From NCBI RefSeq assembly GCF_009914755.1, contig NC_060930.1: 64,000 bases of DNA; one strand, given 5' to 3'. Position 1 is the first letter of the stretch. Every line of letters begins with the position of its first letter. Below are positions 54,422 to 64,000 of the stretch, one piece after another. The notes below the pieces were generated by a model, which saw only the letters and a list, made by a program, of their open reading frames with translations, had not been told where the DNA came from and did no database searches. This DNA is from the human T2T-CHM13v2.0 reference genome, Homo sapiens. The translations under genes were made by a program, and so were the position numbers.

Positions 54422-54843
54422 TGTGGTAGATTAGATTATTGTCCAGAAATATTCGCTTCCACCGCACCTTCACCTTTACACTTCCCTGCCCCTGAATTTC
54501 GGTCTTAGCCATAGGATTTACTTTAACCAATATAATGTTAATGATGTGATGTGATCAAAGGCTTGAAAAGCACTTGGGTGATTGGGTTTGTTCTCCTAGT
54601 TCTACCATCTCTATGAGACTTACCTTCTCTAAGTAACTACTACTTCTTCAGCTCAGAATAACCACTATATGGACTGGAGTCACCCAGACCCACAGTTGAA
54701 GCAATGTGCCCCATGGAGTCCAGTGTAAATGATCTGCCCCAACCAACGCACAGATCAAGGAGAGTAAATGAATTTTCTTTTAAGAAAATGAGTTTGGGAG
54801 GGCTCTATTATTCAGCATTATTCCAGTGGCAGCTAATTGACAC
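54422..54843 (+). mobile_element. Old MaLR LTR (MLT1J-like)
   Basis: 'tgtggtagattagattatt...cacttccctgcccctga...ttattcagcattatt...gcagctaattgaca'. Confidence 0.65.
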
Positions 54844-55019
54844 GCTCCTTCTCATAATGATTAGGCTTTTTGCCCTTTAATTGGTCCCTAATCGGCTTGC
54901 TTAGCTAGGATTTAAGCATTCCAGTCAATATTGTGGGTAGAAGATATTTTAAAGACTTGGGAGAACTGGACAACATTCAGAGGGTTGAAGTTAAGCAATT
55001 GGTCTACTTTCAGACAGGC

Positions 55020-55510
55020 TACTAGTGACCTACTTGCACCATCAATTCAAGATCAGAAAAGTAGAATCTAGGTATCATCCTCTCCATGATTCCCTACTTC
55101 ATCTGCCCCACCATCCAACCAGCCATTCACGAATCATTGTGCTGATGCTACTTCTCACATCTATCTCAGTCTTTCCAATGCTCTTCGTTTTTATTGCCAG
55201 TCATCCTGGGCTAGTTCATTTACATCTCTTGCTTAGATTAATGCAACAGCCCCCACTCTGTCTCCTCCGATCCATGTTGCATCTTGCTTCTCCCCTCGCC
55301 TGCCCCCCAGCTTTAAAACATTTCCACAACTTCCCGTTTCCTTTAAAATAATGTCCAGCTACCCTACCAAGGCTTACATGGTCCTTTGTGATCTGGTCCT
55401 TGATTCCCTTGCTAACATCTCTCACCACCTCTCCCCTAACCTACTCCAACTTTTACATGCTGCTCTATCAGCTGCAGCCCTGTCTCTTTGGGCCTTCACA
55501 CTGTTTCCTA
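55020..55510 (+). mobile_element. L2 remnant
   Basis: 'aaaacatttccacaacttcccgtttcctttaaaataatgtccagct...caaggcttacatggtcctttgtgatctgg'. Confidence 0.55.
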
Positions 55511-56924
55511 GGCGGGGCGCCCCTCTCACGGCACCCTTCTTTCTTTCTGTCATTGCAATTCTCACACTCACAATGGGTTTATGAAGCGGTCTGAACTCAG
55601 AAGAAAGCATGAATGGAGGTTTTTTTCTATTGCCTCCCCAATTAAACTATGCTAAATATCCTTTCCTTCCCCATATTGACAAAGTGGGCAGATCCTATTA
55701 CTATTTAATAAAATTCTGTTATCAGAAACCCATTTAGATTAAAACTCCAATCTCAAACCTAATTCCAGTTTCCTTCCCCTACGACCCAGCAAGGCTTCAA
55801 CATGAAGATTTCAGAGTGTGGGAAAGCTGTTGATCTGAACTTAGAATGGAGTGGGTGGAGTGCATTGTCTGACTGTCTGCAAAGACTCTCTCTTCTGGGA
55901 CTCTGGGTTTTCCAGAGTATTTAGGCTGGGGCTGATGAAAACAAGGAAAGGGATGGGTATGTCTTACTTAAATGGCATTACAGCCAATGCCCTCATGTAG
56001 CAGACATCGAAATGCTGATATTTTTGTGGTACATAGTGTGGATCTATGGGAGGCTCCTTTGGGGAAATATCTACCACACATTTCCCTGACAGGGTCCACA
56101 TCTGGTTATTTCTCTTCTAACTCCCTTGGTCTCTGCCCCATTTCCCTCCCCATCCCCACCACTGAAGTACCTATTGCTTCTGGGGTCTTCTCACCAGTAA
56201 GCTGCTCTCCTGGATGGGGGCACCCATAACTTTAGCCGAATATTTAAGCAACTCTACTGAAGTTATTTTTTAAAAGACAACTAGACAGTATTGTTACAAA
56301 TTGTTTTTGAAGAGTAAATTCTGCTTTTAAAAAGTTTGCTGGTAAACTGGAATAGCAATAATCAAATCATTGATAAGGTAATGGCTCTAGTTGTATTTTT
56401 AAATCAATTCTGGAATAATTTGGTCATTCTTATCTATCCCTGCCCACATTTAAAAACTTTTCCTGATGTAAATGAACGGGAATGAGCATTATGGATGGTT
56501 TGTTTTGTTATCAAACATTCTTTAAAATACCTAGAGTAGATGAGCCCTAATTCCAGCAGTCTCTGTAATCTCTAAAGCCCTGTGAAAGTAGGACAGGGTG
56601 TTCAAGCCACCCTACAATGGGCAGCCACCTAAGTAATAAGATCCCTGGCTGGGGAAATAATGCCTGGCTCTTCGCCTCGCAGATGCTGGCAGATGAAACA
56701 AAATACAGCAACTTTCAAGTGTTTTGTTCTGTGCCCAATTAGAATTACGCCAGTACAAATTGCCAGACCGTGAGGCCAGGTGCTTCACATGCAGGTTGAA
56801 GATGAGGTTCTACTAAACCTGTAAGGAAGACTGTATTCAAATCCATCTATCTGCCAATTGACTCACTTTTCATCTGGCCAGAGGGCACCCACATCCCAGC
56901 TACCCACATACTGAAATGGGCCCG

Positions 56925-57583
56925 TCTAGAGGGGAGAATGTAATAAATTATGCTACATACATATAATGGAATTGAATTGCAGGCATTAAGGAGAATGAGG
57001 CATCTCATTTTGTAGTGATATGGATTGTTTTCAAGAAGTCTCATTAAGAAAAATAAATAAGTAATAAATATACACGTTTGCTTCCATTTGCATAATATAT
57101 CTCTATCAGAAGACCAAGCCAATTGTAACAGTTGTCTTTAGGGAGGTGAACTGGGCTATAGGATAAGAAAAGATTTTACAATATGCTTTTCATTTTCCAA
57201 TGTTTGAACGTGTGAAATGTATTTCTTATTCAACTAAATATATATATATTCTTCCCCTCTAGAGGGGAGAATGTAATAAATTATGCTACATACATATAAC
57301 GGAATTGAATTGCAGGCATTAAGGAGAATGAGGCATCTCATTTTGTAGTGATATGGATTGTTTTCAAGAAGTCTCATTAAGAAAAATAAATAAATAAGTA
57401 ATAAATATACATGTTTGCTTCCATTTGCATAATATATCTCTATCAGAAGACCAAGCCAATTGTAAAACAGTTGTCTTTAGGGAGGTGAACTGGGCTATAG
57501 GATAAGAAAAGATTTTACAATATGCTTTTCATTTTCCAATGTTTGAACGTGTGAAATGTATTTCTTATTCAACTAAATATATA
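56925..57583 (+). repeat. Near-identical tandem duplication (320 bp + 326 bp) of an L1ME-like 3' fragment
   Basis: Copy 1 56925-57244, copy 2 57258-57583; they differ by 2 substitutions and 2 small indels. Confidence 0.97.
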
Positions 57584-58224
57584 AACACATTGTTAATGAA
57601 ACTGTGCAAAAGCCTGAGCACATCTTGAGTGAACATGTGTGATTGGTCAAGATCAGGGAACTTGCTCATGACTCCAGCACTCAGTTTATGGCTTGGCTAA
57701 AATGTCTAGTTGCCCTGAGATTTTTGACCATTATGCTATATCACTTGTTTGTAATCTTACTCAAACATCGTTCAGTTATTCACACAGTGGCCATGGGTTA
57801 GTCAGAAAGCATAAGAAACTAATGAAGAAATACAACGAATTAATGAAGAACAGAAAAAATTATATTCATTCTGCAAATGTGCCTCAAGAGAACCAATACC
57901 TGGTCTAAAGTTGTATTCATCTCATCAAAATTCTTCACAACACATCGAGAAATACCAAAATGAAACAGAAAGCATCTAAGTGATGATCTTACCCAGTTTG
58001 GCTTTTCACTTATTGGGGTCTGGCTGGGCTTCCTCATGCTGCACGGCAGAGTATTCTCAATCATGAAATAAATAAGTCCCTGTTGCTGATTACCCAAGAG
58101 GTGCACTGATTTCCCCAGGTGAGAAGTAGCTCCACCACAAATTAACTTTAGCAACTGGGTGCATTTGTTCTATTGATTTTTAATTTGGGGCTTATATCTA
58201 AAAATCATTGCTTTTCTATTTTCC

Positions 58225-58492
58225 AGTCCAGTACGTCCCGGTGCTTACAACGTGTTACTTCTGCCTGGTGTCACAGGATCCTCTAACTTGACTTGTCTCT
58301 GCTGCTTGGGAGAATGTCTGTCTCTGTTACTGGTTCTTAGGTGCCCACATGGAAAATTGTTTTGCCATATAAACTATATTTCAGGTTATATTATCTCAAA
58401 CATACCCTCTATATTTGGTGAAAATCCATCCAGTTATTTGCATATGATGCAAGAGCAGACAATCCAATAAACACAATCTTTATTTGTATAGA
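58225..58492 (+). mobile_element. Possible ancient non-autonomous Helitron/Helentron-type element
   Basis: 3' part 'atttggtgaaaatccatccagttattt...cagacaatccaataaacacaatctttatttgtataga' resembles Helentron-associated element ends; recognised from memory only. Confidence 0.4.
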
Positions 58493-59299
58493 CATCTACC
58501 ATCCACCCTACAATGCATTATTTGTGGCAAAGAACTTATAAACAGCAATCCATAATCCTTTCTCTTTTCATTTGGAAACAAAACAATAAAATTATATAAA
58601 TAAACCCATTTTGTTTAATGCTGCACACATAAATTGTAATATATGTTAAGATGAATTCAGTCTAAAAACAAACATAATGCAGATAATTTCATAGTTTGTT
58701 AACACATAATTGCATAATTCCTGTAAAGAAGGAAGTGCAGAAAGTTTCTTATTAAATGAGGAAAAACAGAATATTTTTTAAATTGTAGTAAAAATCACTT
58801 TTCAATTATTTACAAAAATATTTTGTATTAATAGCTTAAAATCATTTTTGTGTTATTCTATGGAAAAAAATGACAAAATGGTGTTAAATTCCTAAAGATA
58901 ATTTTCCTGGGATTATGTTTTTCTTTTAAAAGAATTTGTGAATCGGATACAAAAGTGCACAGTGAAAGGTGCCTCCCAAAAGAAACCAAGAAACATGCCC
59001 AGATTCTGAACTTCTGACGACATCCATGGGAGGTGAATGGCCTCCTTTCTGCCCCTTCTGTCCATTGTCTGCCTTTTTCACACCTGCTCACAGCCAACAA
59101 AACACTAAGTGTTTTCCAGAGTAGCTCTTTGAAGTTTGTTGCTCTTCTAGGGTTTAATTCATCTCAGACACTTAGCAAAGAGCAAGTATTGTTAAGCATG
59201 GGCTATGTGTGAAAATACGCAACACTTGGGCAATAATATGAATAATCATATGAATGACAACAGTCCCTGCTATCACCCTTAAAAACTTCCCCCTCGTTA

Positions 59300-59699
<400 letters not shown>

Positions 59700-60399
59700 T
59701 TATGGGAATTAGCAGGGTTCATTAGAAGAGGAGTGACTGTTGTGTGAGCCTCTCCATCCTAACCTGCTTCGAGACCCCTCGGCACAACAGCTGGGGGTCC
59801 TTGGGCACACCCAGCTCTAAACACGACTGTGGCCACGCCATCCTGGAACTTCTTCATGGAAAGATGTCACACAAATGCTAAGCAACACTTTGTAGATCTG
59901 TAGACTTGAGCTCTTAATGAGGAATCTGTCCTAGCTTCAGCCTCACAACTTCCGTGTGAGTTTTTAGGGGGCGGTGTTGCTCATTTGTTAGAGGGCAGAA
60001 CCTTCCATCACACCCTCAGGCAAAATGAACTCTGCTGTCATCCTCTCTGGGGCTCACAGAACTCCAAAGAGCTGGAATTCTGGCCCTGTGGGGAAATCTC
60101 TGTACGTCCAGTCAGAAGACTTAGTTGCTGCTGTTTCTGGGCGAAGGGGAGGCAGGAGTAAAAAATGGGTTTTGCAACTTTAAAAAAAACACCCAAAAAC
60201 AAAAAACAAAGTTAAAACCTTCTTTTAGAAATGATTGTTTGCTGTGTTAATTATTTAAATTGTGCTTACAGACACAAAACAAAGGGGAAATGTGACTCAT
60301 CCTTCGGAATTATTAGTCCAAGTTCTGAACACTTAGAAATGGCCTCATTTACTTCGAGTAATTTTCTCTAAGTGTACGTGAGCCTCAAAACAAAATTCT

Positions 60400-60645
60400 C
60401 TAAATGCAATGTGGGATCCTGGATAAGATCCCGGAACAGAAAAAAAAAATACCTATTTAGGGGAAAAACTAGGGAAATCCAAATAAAGTCTGGAGTTTAG
60501 CTAATAGTAAAGCACCAACATACCAGGGTAATGTAAAATGTTCCATTAGGGGAAACTGGGTGAGAGATATGTGGAAACTCTTTGTACTATCTTTGCAACT
60601 TTTCTGAAAATATGAAATTGTTCCAAAATTAAAAGCTTATTTAGA
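60400..60645 (+). mobile_element. L1MC3/4-like 3' UTR fragment
   Basis: 'aaatgcaatgtgggatcctgg...cattaggggaaactgggtgag...tgtactatctttgcaactttt'. Confidence 0.75.
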
Positions 60646-61704
60646 AAATAACAGGGTAATTCTGGAAGTTGCTTCTCCCTTCTAAGTGTGCAGTGAGATG
60701 CCTCACTCGCTCTCCACAGGGATGGGGGAGGCGTCCTGAGGCATCCACAAGCAAAGCAAAGCGACTTGGGCTGCAGAGCGGAGAAGTTTGTTGATGTGAA
60801 GAGCCAGCTAGAATTGCTCAGTGTTGGCATTTTGGAAGATTTGGCTTTCTAGATCCTCTTTCCCCACAATGACAGGACTTGAGTCTGCATGATTCTGAAT
60901 GAGGCAGCAAACCTAGGTCAGTTGGGCATGTCTGTGGAAACAGTGCTGGCACACAGAGGGCTATCAATACATGTGTGCTGAAGCCATGAACAGTAAAATA
61001 CGTGAATTGTTTTTTTTTTTTTAGTGACTCCTGGTACACTCTGTTGTTCTCTGTACGTACCTCTCTCAACCTTCTCTACCTTCATATTCACCGTCCTTTC
61101 CTCCTTCTTGTGTGCTTTTCCTTTTTGAGAGCTTGGCCAAGTGCATTCATTGGTTCCTAGCGACCCCACCATAAACTGCAAAGGGGCTTCTTTGAGGAGC
61201 TTTCATAAGAGAAATGGCTTTGTAGCGAGGCTGGTCAGGCTACACGGCCCTGACATGTCTCTGAGATATGAGATGTTCCCCTCAGTTACCAAAGCCAAAC
61301 TGTGACAGCCAAGAGACCAAAGCAGACAGCCAAAACCACACAGGGACAAGATGGCCAAGAGCTACAAATTCAGTTGCAGGAAAAGAAAGTATGGGCCACC
61401 GAAGGCGGGTGACAACCTGTCTGTCTCTGCCTGGCTGGGAAGAATTCAGCTTTTTCTTCCAAACTGCTCGCACATTGCAGGTGGGGAGCTTGGGATCCAG
61501 AAAGGGACTCTGTGTGTTTGTTTTACTCCCCAGGAGAGGTGGTCTGCCTGCAAGGTGTTCCTAACACTGGGCTAGCATAGAATGTGGTGCCCAGGTACAC
61601 AATAAATAGGAGACTGCTGAGCTCTGTGGAGAAGGCTGGGAAAGGTTCCGCGAAGTCACAATTCTCAGGCCCTACTCTCCAGAAAATGCTTTAGAAAGGG
61701 TCCT

Positions 61705-61802
61705 CTGAGTGGCGGAGGTTGCAGTGAACTGAGATCGCACCATTGCCCTCCAGCCTGGGTGACAGCGAGACTCTGTCTCAAAAAAAAAAAAAAAAAAAAA
61801 AA
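61705..61802 (+). mobile_element. Severely 5'-truncated Alu (right-arm 3' end) with poly(A) and TSD
   Basis: 'ggcggaggttgcagtg...gagactctgtctc' plus A24; TSD agaaagggtcct (61693-61704) / agaaaggatcct (61803-61814). Confidence 0.93.
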
Positions 61803-62224
61803 AGAAAGGATCCTGTAAGCATGGGGTAGTAAATTTTGCAAATCACCTCCCATGACCTCCCTAAGCTTCTATAGAATGATGCACTCCTTCTCTAACAAAG
61901 GTGGTGCCAGTCACCACTTCCAAGGAGAGCTGCTTCCCCTGCTGTGATGGGAGTAAGGGATTTGTAGTTAATTAGATGAGTTCTGAATCATGACACAGTG
62001 ATGGAGTGCAAGGTGGGAGGAGGGATAAGGAAGGACCTGGATCTTCCTAATGGAACTGCAGTGGGTGGCGGGGGAGGGGGGGGAGGCGTGGTGTCAAGAA
62101 AGGATTATCCAGGAACTGACATCTGAGAAGTTTCTAGAAGGAATTCCCCAGGTGAATAAAAAAACAAGTCAGTGTGAATAGGAGAAGAGATGCCTCAACA
62201 TTCCTTAGGGGTTAAGGGTTAGCA

Positions 62225-62490
62225 GTTTCGAGTTCTGAATCCAAGTTGTGCCTCTGTCATTGGAAACTTTAAGACTTCATGACCTCGCTTGACTTCTTGA
62301 ACATCTCTGTTTTCTCAGGTATAAAACGAGACTCCCTAAGGTGGCTTATCTTCTGTTTCTAGCATGTTATGAATGAAGGTGTTGGATTGGACTGGAAATT
62401 AGATAACTTGGGTTTATGTCTGAGCCCTCCTACTAACTTGAGTAAGGCACTTCATTCTTCTGACTTCACTTTTTCCTTCCATTAAAATGA
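62225..62490 (+). mobile_element. Two MIR fragments
   Basis: 'gttctgaatccaagttgtgcc...tctctgttttctcaggtataaaa' and 'cttgggtttatgtctgagcc...cacttcattcttctgacttcactttttcc'. Confidence 0.45.
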
Positions 62491-62739
62491 CCAGTTGAGT
62501 TTGTAATCTAAGAAAGAGCGTTTCTAGGTTGATTTACCTTTGACCTTCATCCAAGGCAGCAAAAAGGTTAATCTTAAAGGAAGGGGTACTTCCATTATTT
62601 TTTCCTATTCTTCTTTCTCCCTGATGCCATCTGAAAATGGCTCAACTGACTGGTTTTACAGGTGGATCCTGGGGATACTATTCTACACAGAGGACTAATT
62701 CACAAAGTTCCCTAAATGCATTATTCTAAGTATCTAAAG

Positions 62740-63100
62740 TTCTTTGCTATTTTGGCCCTGCCAGCCTTTTACATCTCATTCCTTCTTCACACCCTACATC
62801 CTAGCCACACTGAAGAATCTCCCGGGGTCTGTGTCCTGCCCGGCTTCTGGTGTCCCTGGCTTTCTTGTGCTCTTCTCTCAGGCTGAAACATCCCTTCTCC
62901 TATTTACACCCGGCTTGTTTTTTTCTCCCCCTGGGGAATTCCTTCTAGAACCTTCTCACTTGTCAGTTCCTGGATAATCCTTCCTTGATGGCCCCCACCC
63001 CTAGTTCCATTAGGAAGATCTAGGTCCCTCCTTATCCTTTCTCCACCTTTCCACTCCATAGCTGTATCATAATATGTACCACAGGACGTTGCAGCTCGCC
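62740..63100 (+). mobile_element. L2 remnant
   Basis: 'cacaccctacatcctagccacactga...ttctctcaggctgaaaca...ccttccttga'. Confidence 0.45.
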
Positions 63101-64000
63101 GACCCTGGGGGCCCCTCTGACTGACTGTCAGTTCCTTCAGCGCAGGCTGTGTGCCTTGGCGCTTATCACAATATCTAGCTCCTCCACCTGGAATGAAAAG
63201 GTGAGTGAATACAACTTACAGTCAGCTTGAGAAAGTGAAGCTAAGGCACAGGGAAGCCAGGAGCCAACCTGCCCTAGGTCGAGCAGGGCTCCCACGGTGA
63301 GATTCCCCAGACTGAGCTGTAAGAAATCTGCCCATGAACCACATGAGCTCAAGTCCTTCCAGTGCTGTTTTGTTCTTGAAGCAGTGCATTTTGGGGCAGA
63401 GTAGAGGAGCAGATGCATCTCTTCCAAACCCCAACAGGACGGGGGCAAGGGCTGGACACATCCCAGAAACGAGAGGCATGTCATGCTCATGCTGTTCCAT
63501 GTGGTGGCTCCAGAGATGGTGTTGCTGTGTGGCTCATGGTGACATGGCCCTGCCTGTCACTCTGTGGCCCCAAATGGCATGTACCCAATGACAGACGTGT
63601 ATGTCAAACCACGAAAGACAGCAGCCTGGGGGAGCTTGGGGCAGCTTCAGCAGATCTGAAATAAGATGTCAAAATCGGCCCCTAGAAGCTGGGTATGTTT
63701 TTGGCCTCACCATCCTGCTCCTCCAGGAGTCAATTCTCAGCCAGCTCTGTGCCACCACACTGGTGGGCCACTCTGCTAGGCCTGGCAGGTGTGAGAAGGG
63801 CCTCAGAGCCTTGTGAAGGATCAGGACTTAAGACACCACATCCTTCAGTACCCTGCCGTCTTATCTGGATCCTCTGGGGGCTGACCTTAAGGGCGAGATG
63901 GTGGAAGAGGAACTGTCTACTTTGCAGTTACTCTACCCAAAGCTCCCTACACCTAGGAACCCCCTACACCTACACCTACACTCTGTGGCATCTTCCCTTC

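Noticed and set aside
62061-62092. G-quadruplex-like G-run cluster (another at ~29812-29856)
   Set aside because: Short G-rich patches without promoter context are common by chance.

Overview
This is 64 kb of non-coding primate DNA, probably human or great ape, judged from AluJ/AluS, L1PA7, MST/MLT LTRs and Hsmar1. I could not identify the locus. I found no host protein-coding exon, tRNA, rRNA, CRISPR array or CpG island. The recognisable ORF-track hits come from L1, Alu, mariner, LTR or microsatellite sequence. Main elements: a full-length, inactivated L1PA7-like LINE (14668-21265, minus) with target-site duplication (TSD), a full-length Hsmar1 mariner (47036-48312), a processed 7SL pseudogene, seven Alus, and many old L1M, L2, L3, MIR, MaLR and hAT remnants, several of them nested. 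The most notable observations are: (i) a recent ~320-bp tandem duplication whose junction is a fold-back palindrome; (ii) a 107-bp copy of nearby DNA inserted into the L1 3' UTR with template-switch scars; (iii) an uninterrupted 156-codon ORF0-homologous antisense frame in the otherwise dead L1; (iv) two AG|GT recursive-splice-like motifs with downstream donors; (v) a possible ancient Helitron-type remnant. Subfamily names and old-repeat boundaries come from recalled consensus sequences and are approximate. I see no evidence of a new multi-gene system.
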